A stretch of 61,908 nucleotides of DNA, the filler included, from Deltaproteobacteria bacterium (GTDB lineage: Bacteria > JAUYMQ01): the NCBI GenBank assembly GCA_030698575.1. It is 11 parts of 11 records of this genome, joined end to end, with 100 filler letters (N's around TTAATTAATTAA, not from the genome) between each part and the next. Parts side by side here need not be neighbours in the genome. Positions count along the whole stretch, not along the records: positions 52,799 to 57,273 come from JAUYMQ010000593.1; positions 57,374 to 61,908 come from JAUYMQ010000601.1; 9 more parts are not named here. One strand, written 5' to 3'. Of this stretch, positions 52,699-61,908 are shown piece after piece. The notes under the pieces are model-generated. The model had not been told where the DNA came from, did not search any database, and worked only from the letters and a program-made list of their open reading frames with translations. The first letter of the stretch is position 1. Each line of letters begins with the position of its first letter. The position numbers and the translations under genes are program-made.

Positions 52699-53122
52699 NN
52701 NNNNNNNNNNNNNNNNNNNNNNNNNNNNNNNNNNNNNNNNNNTTAATTAATTAANNNNNNNNNNNNNNNNNNNNNNNNNNNNNNNNNNNNNNNNNNNNCC
52801 CACCGCCACGACCTTCTTCCATTGGCTTCCCTCCTTATTCCAACTTAGCGAAGCTTCCGGGTCACGGGTCGATCACCCTACCCACACAGGATCCTTGGGT
52901 AGCATCGACCGTGACAACCGGGTGCTTCTCCGGACTTTCCGTTGCCGGCTGGGGGCTGCGTCATTCGATTCCGCCTGCCCGAGGCGGGGGCCGGTGAAGA
53001 TTATGCGAAGCGATTGCACGCGCGCACGCTGGTTTTGGCAGATTTGCAGCTCGCCATGGGGGGTAAAACGCCTGGGTTCAGGTCTTAAATTCTAGCGAGG
53101 GCAGCGGCGGTGGGGGCTTCCT

Positions 53123-54868
53123 TCAAGGAGGAGGCCTGAGCGTGCGGATCTTGAGCTTCGAATCGTCGGACCCGGATGGAGCCGGGGATGGCGGCGGCCT
53201 CATGGGCGCCCTCGGCCCCGGAGTGGGATCGAATTCCTCCCAGAGCCCCCAGGCGGTTCTCTTCGGCTTTTCGGCGCGAACGCGCACCCGGGCCTTTTGC
53301 GCCGAGCCGAATACCGTGAGCGGGACGAGTATCTCCTTCGGCGGCGGCAACATCCGGTCATGGCCCTGGGCGTTCAGGCCCTTCCACTGCCCGTTAGCGA
53401 ACCCCTGGTACTCGAAGCCGTATTCGCTGGAAGCGAGCAGTCCGCTGAGTCGAATCTTCACACTGTTGAAATTGACTGCCGTCGTGATTTTCGGAGGCGG
53501 CGGCGGCCGCAGCTGACGGACGGTTGCGGAAGACCCGGGGGCGGGCACGGCCCCTTCCTCGCGCCCCGTGACCAGACCCAGGTTACGGATAGCCGGCCGC
53601 AGTCGGGCGCCCGCCTCGCCCACATAGTAAGTGGTCCACGCGCTCCAGGGGCGTTTGTACTCGGCGCTGGTCTTGCCGCGCGCGCGTATCCTGAACTTCC
53701 CTTCGCCCCCGCTCAGCAGGTCGAATTTCGCGTTCGGGGCGTGCTCGCGGATCTGCGCGAACTCCATGTTCCAGGCGTCGTTCTTCTCGCTCCACTCCAC
53801 CCACTGCACCTCGACGCGAATCGTGGTCATGCCCGTCCCCGAAGCGGAAGCGCTGGGCGCCTTGGGCTTGGCGGGGTTGGAAGCACTCTCGAAGGCGACC
53901 CGCGCATGCACGGGGTCGCCGGGATGAAGCGAGTCGTCCCCGGGTTCGAGGATCGTCGCCGACGCCTTGGCGGCATCCACCTTGCTGCCGATCCAGAAAA
54001 TTCGTTCGCTGAATTCCCTCTTTTGCGAAGGCTCGGACGTCGGGGGAAACGCGGCAACGATCCGCCATTTGCCCTCGGACAGATTCTGCGCGGCGACCAC
54101 CCGATTTGCGCTTGTCTCGCCGACGCCGGTGATCTCGGGGATGACGTTTCTATTCTCGGGACTGTGCGGCGCGTTGTCCGGCCCGAGGTACCACCACGTG
54201 AGGGCCACGGTGTCGGGGAAGTGATAATTCGTGAACCACCCCTGGCGGGAAGGATGTTTCACTTCGACGACGACATCGCCGTAGTTCGGGAGCTCCGCCT
54301 CGCTCCCGGGAGAGACGATGATGGGCGCCGGGAGGGGGACCCTCGAGGGCTCGGCGGCGACCGCGGCCAGAATTTTGTCCCGCCCGCTCCGGCTGAGCGG
54401 GGCAGCGACGCCGTCGCACAAACGCCAATCGACCTCGTACTGGTCACCCCCGCCACTGGTGGACGTATGGGCCGGTCTCGTGCCCATGACTGTGCAAGTC
54501 GAATTGGACCGCCAGGGATCGCTGTCGCATCGAAAGCTGGTTTCAATCTGATTCATGGCTTGGTTGGAGTACGGCCCGCGAACGGCAATCTTCTCCACGC
54601 CGATTTTGGAGAGTGGTGAATACTCGCCCTGGACGGAGAACCCCTCCATATTGAGATTGGAGTAGTTCGAGTAGCCCGCGCAGTTCACGCCCAGGCGATA
54701 GGCGTGGTTGACATGCGTCCCGTTGGAACCTTCCTGATCGATGCTGTCGACCCGCTGCACGCTGCAGCTCTGGATGCACTGGTTCAGGTGCTTGACCTCG
54801 GCATTCGCGGGCAGAGAAAGGAGACAGAACGCCAAAGCAAGCGCGAAGCAGAGGATTCGGCCATTCAT
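53123..54868 (-). CDS. Secreted hypothetical protein (Cys-rich N-domain, beta-rich modules)
   Basis: Signal peptide ending PANA; modules ending WRIVAA, FRIRAR...WSAW, VRVRA...WGLW. Confidence 0.75.
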   Translation of the reverse strand: MNGRILCFALALAFCLLSLPANAEVKHLNQCIQSCSVQRVDSIDQEGSNGTHVNHAYRLGVNCAGYSNYSNLNMEGFSVQGEYSPLSKIGVEKIAVRGPYSNQAMNQIETSFRCDSDPWRSNSTCTVMGTRPAHTSTSGGGDQYEVDWRLCDGVAAPLSRSGRDKILAAVAAEPSRVPLPAPIIVSPGSEAELPNYGDVVVEVKHPSRQGWFTNYHFPDTVALTWWYLGPDNAPHSPENRNVIPEITGVGETSANRVVAAQNLSEGKWRIVAAFPPTSEPSQKREFSERIFWIGSKVDAAKASATILEPGDDSLHPGDPVHARVAFESASNPAKPKAPSASASGTGMTTIRVEVQWVEWSEKNDAWNMEFAQIREHAPNAKFDLLSGGEGKFRIRARGKTSAEYKRPWSAWTTYYVGEAGARLRPAIRNLGLVTGREEGAVPAPGSSATVRQLRPPPPPKITTAVNFNSVKIRLSGLLASSEYGFEYQGFANGQWKGLNAQGHDRMLPPPKEILVPLTVFGSAQKARVRVRAEKPKRTAWGLWEEFDPTPGPRAPMRPPPSPAPSGSDDSKLKIRTLRPPP

Positions 54869-54927
54869 GATCGTCACCTTTCGGGCGGACACGCCGGAAG
54901 CCAGTAACACTGCATCCGGCAGCCGAT

Positions 54928-55350
54928 TCAAGACCTGACCCCGCCGTTTGATCGCGCGTCGAGGCTGATCGGCCCGGGGCCGGCGGCCGCAATCGTCAGC
55001 AACCCGCCCATGATGGCGAGGTTCTTCAAGAACATGATCATCTGTATCTTCTGCAGCTCTTCGGGATAGGTCCAGAAGTTGTGGAAGAGGAGCGTCGCGG
55101 GAACCAGAAAAAGGAACAGCGCCAGCGCCGCGGCCTTTGTCCGGTAGCCGAGCAGCAGCGAGAGACCGCCGACGGTTTCGACGAGGATCGTCATCGTGAG
55201 GAAGAAGGGGATGGCCGGCATCCCGCGTGAGGCCATGTAGTCCGCAGTGGCGGACCAGTCGCCTATCTTGCCGAAGCCGGCCAGAACGAAGATGAGGCTC
55301 AAGAGAATGCGCCCGATTAGCGAGCCGAATCGTCCGGAGTTTTGCGCCAT
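54928..55350 (-). CDS. DoxX family membrane protein
   Basis: GRILLSLIFVLAGFGKI, FHNFW, FLKNLAIMGGLL. Confidence 0.92.
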   Translation of the reverse strand: MAQNSGRFGSLIGRILLSLIFVLAGFGKIGDWSATADYMASRGMPAIPFFLTMTILVETVGGLSLLLGYRTKAAALALFLFLVPATLLFHNFWTYPEELQKIQMIMFLKNLAIMGGLLTIAAAGPGPISLDARSNGGVRS

Positions 55351-55541
55351 GGTCTTCTCTCCTCGAGGGGGATGCCCGGTGTGCTGGGGGGAGTCCGATA
55401 CGACACCTTCACACGTGAAGCAAAGCCAAAACGCCCGCGGCTTCTCGCCTGTCAGTCATGGAAGTCGACCTGCTGAACGGGCGAGCAAGGATCCTCCAGA
55501 TAGCGATCGCCGCTAAAATTTAAGACCTGGCCCCACGAATT

Positions 55542-56927
55542 TTAGCAGCGGCGGAAGAAGAGAAGGGGGAGCGGGAGGAGCAGCAGCCAGAGGAACGCGC
55601 CGCGGGCGGAGAGGGCGGGGAGAGCGACCTGCTCGCCGGCGCACTCGTCGGGGATGCCGTTGGCGTTCAGGTCCAGCGACGTCCCGCCCGCGATGTCGCA
55701 GCCGTCTGGCTCGCTGTTCGCGTTACAGTCCGGCACCGTCGCCGGGACGATCTTGTAGATCTCGCCGTTCAGGGCAACCACGTACAGCTCGCCGAGCCCG
55801 TCCTCGCCGAAGGCGACGGGCGATGCAATCGACAGCGCGCCGGGCGGGTCCAGCTCCGTCGTTCGGTCGGTGAAATCGGTCAACGTCGCGCCGTCGTAGC
55901 GGAAGCTCCAGATCTCGGCCGTGCAGAAGTCGGCGAAGAAGTACGTCCCCTGCAGCTCCGGCACCGCGCAGCCGCGATACACCGCGCCACCCGTCACCGC
56001 GCAGCGCCCCCCCGGGTGCACGTACTCGTGAATGGGGTCGGTGAGGCCGCCCGGGTCGCAGCCGGTCGGCGGGTTGAAGCACGCCGTCCCTTCCTTGAAC
56101 CGCCACCCGTAATTCTCTCCGCCGGTACTCGCCGCGTCCTGAAAGTCGATCTCCTCCAGCGTGTTCTGCCCCACGTCGCCGATGTAAATGTCGCCCGTCT
56201 CGCGATCGAAGCTCCAGCGGAAGGGGTTGCGGAAGCCCTTGGCCCAGATCTCGTCGAGCGGATCGCCGGGACCCACGAACGGGTTCGTCGGCGGAATGGC
56301 GTAGGGTGTGCCGCCGTCGACGTCGATGCGGAGCATCTTTCCGAGCAGCGTACTGTCGTCCTGCGCGGCCAGGCTGTTGCCGCCGTCGCCAAGTGCAATG
56401 TAGAGGTAGCCGTCGTTCGGGCCGAAAGCGAGGGTGCCGCCCTTGTGGTTCGTGAGGCCGAAGGGCTGGTCGACGGTCAGGATGATTTGCGCGGTCGTGT
56501 CGTCGGCGACGTCGGGGTTCGCTGAAACCGTGTAGCGCGAGACGATGGAGTCGCCGGCATTGTCGATGTAATAGACGTAGAAGAAGCCGTTCGTCGCGTA
56601 GTCGGGGTGGAAGGCGAGGCCGAGAAGCCCACGCTCGTCGGCCGTGTTGATGACGAGCGGATTGATGTCGATGAACGGCGGGGTGAGTAGCACGCCGTTC
56701 TTCAGAATGCGTATGCGGGCGGTGACGTACTCGACGATGAAGAGGCGCTCGGTGTCGCCGGGCGGGGCGGTGGCGAAGATGTCGCCGCTGAGGGCCGCGG
56801 TCGCCAGCTCGGTCGCCAGCGGAGGCACGGCCTGCGCGGCGGCCGGAACGGGCGCCAGGAGAAAACCGGGGACGAGGCCCGCAGCGAGTACGAGCGCAAG
56901 AATCAGGAGGAGGGGGCGCGGGATCAT
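55542..56927 (-). CDS. PQQ-dependent glucose/sorbosone dehydrogenase family with C-terminal TM sorting signal
   Basis: ERGLLGLAFHP, NHKGG, LGDGG, GFRNPFR, NYGW; tail LPALS-hydrophobic-RR. Confidence 0.9.
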   Translation of the reverse strand: MIPRPLLLILALVLAAGLVPGFLLAPVPAAAQAVPPLATELATAALSGDIFATAPPGDTERLFIVEYVTARIRILKNGVLLTPPFIDINPLVINTADERGLLGLAFHPDYATNGFFYVYYIDNAGDSIVSRYTVSANPDVADDTTAQIILTVDQPFGLTNHKGGTLAFGPNDGYLYIALGDGGNSLAAQDDSTLLGKMLRIDVDGGTPYAIPPTNPFVGPGDPLDEIWAKGFRNPFRWSFDRETGDIYIGDVGQNTLEEIDFQDAASTGGENYGWRFKEGTACFNPPTGCDPGGLTDPIHEYVHPGGRCAVTGGAVYRGCAVPELQGTYFFADFCTAEIWSFRYDGATLTDFTDRTTELDPPGALSIASPVAFGEDGLGELYVVALNGEIYKIVPATVPDCNANSEPDGCDIAGGTSLDLNANGIPDECAGEQVALPALSARGAFLWLLLLPLPLLFFRRC

Positions 56928-57373
56928 GCTTACAGCCTACGCCCCGGCCTCCCGCCGGTCAAATTCATGGGGTCAGGTCTAGAATTTTACTTCGGTGGCT
57001 ATAATTTCAGACCTGACCCCGCCGCGTTAAGTAAAGGGGTCTGACCCCATTACTTTACGTGACTGGATCTCGGCGGCCTCACGCCGGATGGCGTTCGCCT
57101 GAGCCGGGTTCGGAACCGCGCCCGCCGGCGCGACCGCGACTTTCTTGATCTTCGCCATCTCAGCTGAAGATGGCGATTCTCCCCTCGGCGGGATCGGGCA
57201 TGCGGTCGAAACGAACGCGGATGGGTTCCTTGTTCTCGATCCAGGTTTCGGCGTCGAAGCTGGTCTCGACGACNNNNNNNNNNNNNNNNNNNNNNNNNNN
57301 NNNNNNNNNNNNNNNNNTTAATTAATTAANNNNNNNNNNNNNNNNNNNNNNNNNNNNNNNNNNNNNNNNNNNN

Positions 57374-57585
57374 ATGGCTCGGGCGTCCTTCGCGGTGATG
57401 ATCTTCTGCTTCGCCAGCATGCGGGCGTGCGCGATCGAGCCGCGGATGTCGGCGCCGGCGAGGTTCCGATCGAATGCAAGCGAGGAAGTAAAGGCCTCGA
57501 CCATCCGGTCGGTGTCCATCTTGAAGCGTCCGCCCCAGGGCTTCTTGCGTTTCACGCCCGGCCTCCGGCGCGCATCTGTTGTCAC
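57374..57585 (-). CDS. argH: Argininosuccinate lyase, N-terminus (truncated)
   Basis: KPWGGRF...FTSSLAFDRNLAGADIRGSIAHARML. Confidence 0.92.
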
Positions 57586-57733
57586 GCCCCCGGAAAGTCT
57601 CCAAACATTCGAGAATCCTAGCAGTTATCACCGCCCCCGGGGGATGTCAACGAATAGGGGGACTGTCCCCCGAAACCAAGAAAAAGGCGGCCTTGAAGCC
57701 GCCTGCTCGAGAAACCACGCGCCCTATACGGCG

Positions 57734-58000
57734 TCATCGTCTTCGGCGGGCGGCTTCCTCCTCGTAGTACTTCTTGTAGAGGATGTCCCACTCGCTTGCT
57801 CCCTCGGGAACGTGGCGCTTGAGCGAAGCAATCTTCTGGCGAACAAGTCCGTCAATCACGTCGTCAACCTTCAGGACGGCCGTCATGCGGCGTTTGATCT
57901 CACGCAGGGCGCGAGTTTCGTCGGGAATGCCGGCGATCGGCCGTAGCCGATCGAGGATCCCGTGGGCGATGTGGGAGATACGATCGTCCGAGAGCTGCAA
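57734..58000 (-). CDS. DUF507 family protein
   Basis: LSDDRISHIAH...VRQKIASLKRHVPEGASEWDILYKKYYEEE; GGAGGGAG RBS before TTG. Confidence 0.8.
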   Translation of the reverse strand: MQLSDDRISHIAHGILDRLRPIAGIPDETRALREIKRRMTAVLKVDDVIDGLVRQKIASLKRHVPEGASEWDILYKKYYEEEAARRRR

Positions 58001-58073
58001 GCTCCCTCCAGATTCATTATAAGGAAATGCGATGCTATCATTCCGCGTCCCCTGACGCCAGCGGAGCCTTTTC

Positions 58074-59390
58074 ATGTCCCACGCCTGGTCGACCTCTTCC
58101 CTCACGGCCCGTCCACGGCACCGCCATGTGCTCCTGCTGGCGGCCGGGCTCCTTCTACTGATACTCCCTGTGGAGGCGGCCGCTCAGGCGCCACCGGCGG
58201 GCGCGCCCGTCCCGCGGCTCATGATGCTTCCCTTCGCCGTGCCCCCGGTCGGGGGTATCCCTTACAGCGCCGCTTTTCAGGGCACCCTCAGCCGGGAAAT
58301 CCCCCGGGAGATCGGCCGGCGCATGGCCGGCACCATCGACGCCGAGGTGTCCTTCTTCGCCCCGCGCACCACCGTAACCGGGCGGCCCCAGCTGGTGGTC
58401 GTCCAGGAGCTCCAGACCGCCGAGCAGGCGCTGGCGATCGCACGGCGTGGCAGCGCGGCCTACGTCCTCGACGGCGTCGTGAAAGCGACCGACAAGCTCA
58501 AGTTCAGCGTCCGCCTTCTCGACGTCACGAGTGGCCGCCTTATCTGGGAGAGCGTCTACGAGGCGCCCGTGGCCGGGGCCGGGCGGCTGCTCCAGCAGGC
58601 AGCGCGCGATCTGGCGCTGGCGCTTCCCGACAAGCGCGGCGCAGCGACGGCTGACGCGCCCTTTCCCGAGCACGAGCCAGGCTGGAGCACGTTGCTCGCC
58701 TACCTGAGGGGGGAGGATCTCCGTTTCCTCCAGGAGCAGGAGGTGGCGCTTCGCAATCCGGCTCCGATCTTCGACGCTTTCCTCGAGGCCATCCAGCGCG
58801 ACCGGGCCTACGATGCGCCGCGCGAAGCACTTGCCCGGACCGCTTGGGCCGAGATAGCCGCCGCGCGCGGCCCTCTCGCCGAGCCGATGGCCACCCTCGA
58901 TCGGATGGTGGTGCTCAGGCCGGATGCGTTCTCTTACTCCGCGCTTGCCCGCGCCCAGGCGCTCGCAGGCGAGAGAGAAGCGGCGCAGCGGAACTGGGCC
59001 CGGAGCGTCGAGGCCGATCCGGCCTACGTGGCGGGCTGGCTCGAAATTGCCGAGGGGCGCCTTGCCAAGGGGGAATTCGCGGAGGCCGTCGATGCCCTCA
59101 GCGCCGCGCTCGCGCTGGGTGTCGGATCGCCCGCGGCTCGCGCGCGTGTGCGCCGCGATCTGGGAGGGGCCTACCTGGAGATGGGCGAGATCGACGATGC
59201 CGTGGCGGCGCTGGAAGCGTCATTGAAGGACAACTCGGGCGACCCCGAGACCCAGGAGCGACTTGGGCGCGCTTACGTGGCGAAGGCCAGGGAGCCGGGC
59301 GCCGACTCCAAGCTGTGGAGTGATCGCGCCCTGGAGGCGTTCGGCACTTCGGGCCGGTTGCGCGGTCTGCCTGAAATTCCGCCGCCCTAG
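58074..59390 (+). CDS. Exported TPR-repeat protein
   Basis: Hydrophobic N-terminal segment; C-terminal TPR-like helices (LGGAYLEMGEIDDAVAALE). Confidence 0.75.
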   Translation: MSHAWSTSSLTARPRHRHVLLLAAGLLLLILPVEAAAQAPPAGAPVPRLMMLPFAVPPVGGIPYSAAFQGTLSREIPREIGRRMAGTIDAEVSFFAPRTTVTGRPQLVVVQELQTAEQALAIARRGSAAYVLDGVVKATDKLKFSVRLLDVTSGRLIWESVYEAPVAGAGRLLQQAARDLALALPDKRGAATADAPFPEHEPGWSTLLAYLRGEDLRFLQEQEVALRNPAPIFDAFLEAIQRDRAYDAPREALARTAWAEIAAARGPLAEPMATLDRMVVLRPDAFSYSALARAQALAGEREAAQRNWARSVEADPAYVAGWLEIAEGRLAKGEFAEAVDALSAALALGVGSPAARARVRRDLGGAYLEMGEIDDAVAALEASLKDNSGDPETQERLGRAYVAKAREPGADSKLWSDRALEAFGTSGRLRGLPEIPPP

Positions 59391-59425
59391 CAAGGTGAAC
59401 ATTCCATTCTTCCCCGGGAGGGACC

Positions 59426-59902
59426 ATGCGGGAGTCGATTGTCACGGGCGTGAGCTTCGGTCTCACGTCCGGTGTCATCACAACGGTGGGGCTCATCGTC
59501 GGGCTGCACGCAGGAACAAACTCACGGCTGGCGGTCGTAGGCGGCGTCATCACGATCGCCATCGCCGACGCGCTGTCCGATGCGCTGGGAATCCACATCG
59601 CCGAGGAGTCGCGCGACGGCCGCACCGCCGATCATATCTGGGGCGCGACCATCGCCACCTTCGTGTCGAAGTTCCTGATGGCGGCGACTTTTCTCATCCC
59701 GTTCCTTGTCCTCCCGCTCGGCACGGCCGTCATCGCCTGCATCGTCTGGGGAATGCTGGTGGTGATCGTCATCAGCGAACGCCTGGCGGTCGCGCGGCGG
59801 GAGAGCCGGCTCAGGACGATCGGCGAGCATCTGCTCATCTCGATCGTCGTCGTTGTCATCACGCATTACGTCGGCGTCTGGGTCGCTACGCGGTTCCAGT
59901 AG
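59426..59902 (+). CDS. VIT1/CCC1-like membrane protein
   Basis: FGLTSGVITTVGLIVG, IADALSDALGIH. Confidence 0.75.
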   Translation: MRESIVTGVSFGLTSGVITTVGLIVGLHAGTNSRLAVVGGVITIAIADALSDALGIHIAEESRDGRTADHIWGATIATFVSKFLMAATFLIPFLVLPLGTAVIACIVWGMLVVIVISERLAVARRESRLRTIGEHLLISIVVVVITHYVGVWVATRFQ

Positions 59903-59947
59903 GCGGGCGCGCCTCGATAGTGATGAACGTCCCCATTTTCGGTGCCC

Positions 59948-60487
59948 ATGAACAGTTCAGCTCTGGATGATTACCTGCCCGCCTACGACTTCGGGCACCG
60001 CCACGCGATCGACGTGCCTGCCCCGCCCGCGCGCGTGCACGAGGCCGTTCACCACTACTCCCTCGACGAGTCCGCCTCGACCCGGCTTCTGTTCCGGCTG
60101 CGTGGCCTCCCACCGGCGGGTCCCTTCCTGGCTTCGCTCCGCGGAATCGGCTTCGAGGTACTCGCCGAGATCCCGGGCCGCGAGACCATCGTGGGACTCG
60201 CCGCGAGGCTGCTGGCGGAGGGGCGCTTCCTCCTGCCTCTGCCGCCCCAGGGGGCGGCGGGCTTCCGGGATCTCGACCTCCCGCGCACCCTCAAGATAGC
60301 CGCGTCGCTTGGCGTCAGGCCCCGGGGCGGGGGCACGGTGCTCGAGACCGAAACACGCGTCCTATGCACCGACCGCGCGGCCTGGGCGCTCTTCGCCCCT
60401 TACTGGGCGATCATCCGGCTCCCCGGAGGCTTTATCCGCCGCCGGATGCTGACCGGCATCCGCCGGAAGGCGGTTCAGGGGACCTGA
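59948..60487 (+). CDS. Hypothetical protein, DUF2867-like
   Basis: LDDYLPAYDF..RH, LETETRVLCTD...FAPYW.IIR...GFIRR. Confidence 0.65.
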   Translation: MNSSALDDYLPAYDFGHRHAIDVPAPPARVHEAVHHYSLDESASTRLLFRLRGLPPAGPFLASLRGIGFEVLAEIPGRETIVGLAARLLAEGRFLLPLPPQGAAGFRDLDLPRTLKIAASLGVRPRGGGTVLETETRVLCTDRAAWALFAPYWAIIRLPGGFIRRRMLTGIRRKAVQGT

Positions 60488-60759
60488 GGGGGGGTGGGGG
60501 CCGACTCCTGATACTTGCGCATGTCGTTCCGGTGCGTGATATGATTGCCGCAAGAGAAGTTCGGCGTACTCGAGAGCTTCCCATCGACGGCCATGCATCT
60601 TGCCGAGGAACCTCGCCCAGGATCCCATTGTGAATGCCTTCTGGTGCCCGTTGCTTTCTCTTCGTAAACCCCGACGCCACAGCGGCTGCAGAGGGGACGT
60701 TCTGGCAATCAAACACTAGGAAGCGTCCGGGGAGGGTGACGGACGCGGAGCGAGAGATC

Positions 60760-61119
60760 ATGTCGAAGAAAATCTACATCGGGAACCTGCCGTTCAAGGC
60801 CACGGAGGACGAGATCAAGCAGCTGTTTGGACAGCACGGGGAGGTCAGCTCGGTGACCCTCGTCACCGACCGGGAGACGGGGAGGCCGCGCGGTTTCGGC
60901 TTCGTCGAGATGGACGATTCCGGGGCTGACGCTGCCATCGAGGCGCTCGACGGGAAGGACTTCGGCGGGCGCAACCTGCGTGTGAACGAGGCGCGGCCCC
61001 GCGAAGATCGCCCGCGAGGCGGTGGTGGCGGCGGTGGTGGCGGTGGACGCGGCGGGTACGGCGGCGGCGGTGGCGGTGGCGGCGGGTACGGCGGCGGCGG
61101 CGGGCGGGACCGGAACTAA
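60760..61119 (+). CDS. RRM RNA-binding protein with Gly-rich tail
   Basis: RNP2 IYIGNL, RNP1 RGFGFVEM. Confidence 0.95.
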   Translation: MSKKIYIGNLPFKATEDEIKQLFGQHGEVSSVTLVTDRETGRPRGFGFVEMDDSGADAAIEALDGKDFGGRNLRVNEARPREDRPRGGGGGGGGGGRGGYGGGGGGGGGYGGGGGRDRN

Positions 61120-61180
61120 GCCGGCGCCGGCTCTCCGAAGGCGCACCGCCCCGACGACTGGTGCGCAAGAAAGATCGATC

Positions 61181-61222
61181 AAAGCCGGGGTTTCGCCTGA
61201 GGGCGGGGCTCCGGCTCTTTTA
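61181..61222 (+). terminator. Probable intrinsic terminator between convergent genes
   Basis: AGCCGGGG...CTCCGGCT stem followed by CTTTT. Confidence 0.6.
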
Positions 61223-61230
61223 TTCGTTGG

Positions 61231-61512
61231 CTAGATGACGATCCCGCGCTCGCGGGCGAGCTTCTGCTTGAGCATGTTGAACATCCGGCGGTAGTCGGCG
61301 CCCTCTTCGTCGAGGCGGTCAGCGTGGACCTCGAGGAGCCGCTCGACCTCCTGGTCCAGGTCGGCCTCGCCGCGCAGGTCGGCGCGCAGGACGTCGCGGA
61401 CGGCCGCCTCCAGGTCGGCGCGGGTGCCGCGGGGGTGGGCAAGCCCCCCTTCCAGGAGCCCCTCGACCACCGCCGTCGCCATCTGCTCGATCTGCTTCTC
61501 CGAGACTTTCAC
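61231..61512 (-). CDS. DUF507 family protein
   Basis: VKVSEKQIEQMA...DYRRMFNMLKQKLARERGIVI. Confidence 0.8.
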   Translation of the reverse strand: MKVSEKQIEQMATAVVEGLLEGGLAHPRGTRADLEAAVRDVLRADLRGEADLDQEVERLLEVHADRLDEEGADYRRMFNMLKQKLARERGIVI

Positions 61513-61621
61513 GGGAATTTCCTCCGAGGGCCGTTTATCCGGGGGGGTCATCCTACAACGCCGCGCCGGTCCGCCGCGAGCCCGGGCGGCCTAAGCCCCC
61601 GTCCCTCTTGGGGGTCTCGGG

Positions 61622-61650
61622 TTGACAGGCCGCGGCCCCGGGCATACAAT
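61622..61650 (+). promoter_or_regulatory. Near-consensus sigma70 promoter
   Basis: TTGACA-N17-TACAAT. Confidence 0.8.
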
Positions 61651-61654
61651 TGGC

Positions 61655-61895
61655 CCCTGGTCACTCTTGCGGTGAACTCATGTGGCCGCTCTTGCAGGTT
61701 GAATTTCAAGGCTTTGAGGTGAGTTCGATGGCAACGCACGCGGCAGACCGCTTGATCGGCGCCCAGTACTGCATAGGGTACTACGCGTTCGGCTTTAGCC
61801 GGTCTGCCGGGGTGCGCTGATCGCCAGTATCCGGGATCAACGGGCCATGGGCAGACGGGATGGCGGTCGCTCATGGCCTTCGTGTTTGCCCTGCA
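61655..61895 (+). ncRNA. Candidate structured RNA of unknown class
   Basis: Directly downstream of the promoter; several complementary segments; no convincing plus-strand ORF. Confidence 0.4.
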
Positions 61896-61908
61896 GGATA
61901 TCGAGGCC

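Larger units (their letters stand above)
53074..57048. repeat. Dispersed GGGGTCAGGTCT-type REP-like motifs (53074, 54926, 55514, 56961, 57009, 57036)
   Basis: Copies in both orientations at gene boundaries. Confidence 0.75.

Noticed and set aside
57053-57273. Minus-strand gene end at the contig edge
   Set aside because: Too short to assign a product.
61015-61105. GGC/GGT low-complexity repeat
   Set aside because: It encodes the ordinary Gly-rich tail of the RRM protein.

Overview
The window is not one locus. It joins 11 unrelated contig fragments with ten identical 100-nt artificial linkers (N44-TTAATTAATTAA-N44), so gene neighbourhoods hold only within a fragment. (1) 1-8984: phage replication and immunity module with PolA, DUF2815 SSB, DUF2800 nuclease, repressor, primase and three free-standing endonucleases. 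(2) 9085-12380: polysaccharide export genes. (3) 12481-16240: planctomycete-like DNA with a complete IS110/IS1111-type element inserted into the 'GF|TLVELL' prepilin motif. Its downstream non-coding region has four repeat-framed segments matching both strands of the target and of its own circle junction, i.e. a readable bridge/seek-type guide RNA. The insertion is in frame and regenerates the motif. (4) 16341-19071: helicase, GHKL ATPase and PLD nuclease, a candidate defence operon. (5) 19172-23288: integron cassette array with no integrase in view (hicBA, phosphatase, HNH, DUF429-like), three full attC sites, two unusual 18-bp mini-sites, and an IS1380-type element next to an attC crossover point. 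(6-11) Mostly housekeeping DNA resembling Deltaproteobacteria: nosYL-like, acnA, lnt, SpvB/FG-GAP protein, lptG, ribF, aroE, pilBTC-pilS, penicillin acylase, opp, argH. These also hold REP-like repeats and a promoter-driven candidate structured ncRNA at the right edge. All calls come from reading motifs by eye; no searches were run.
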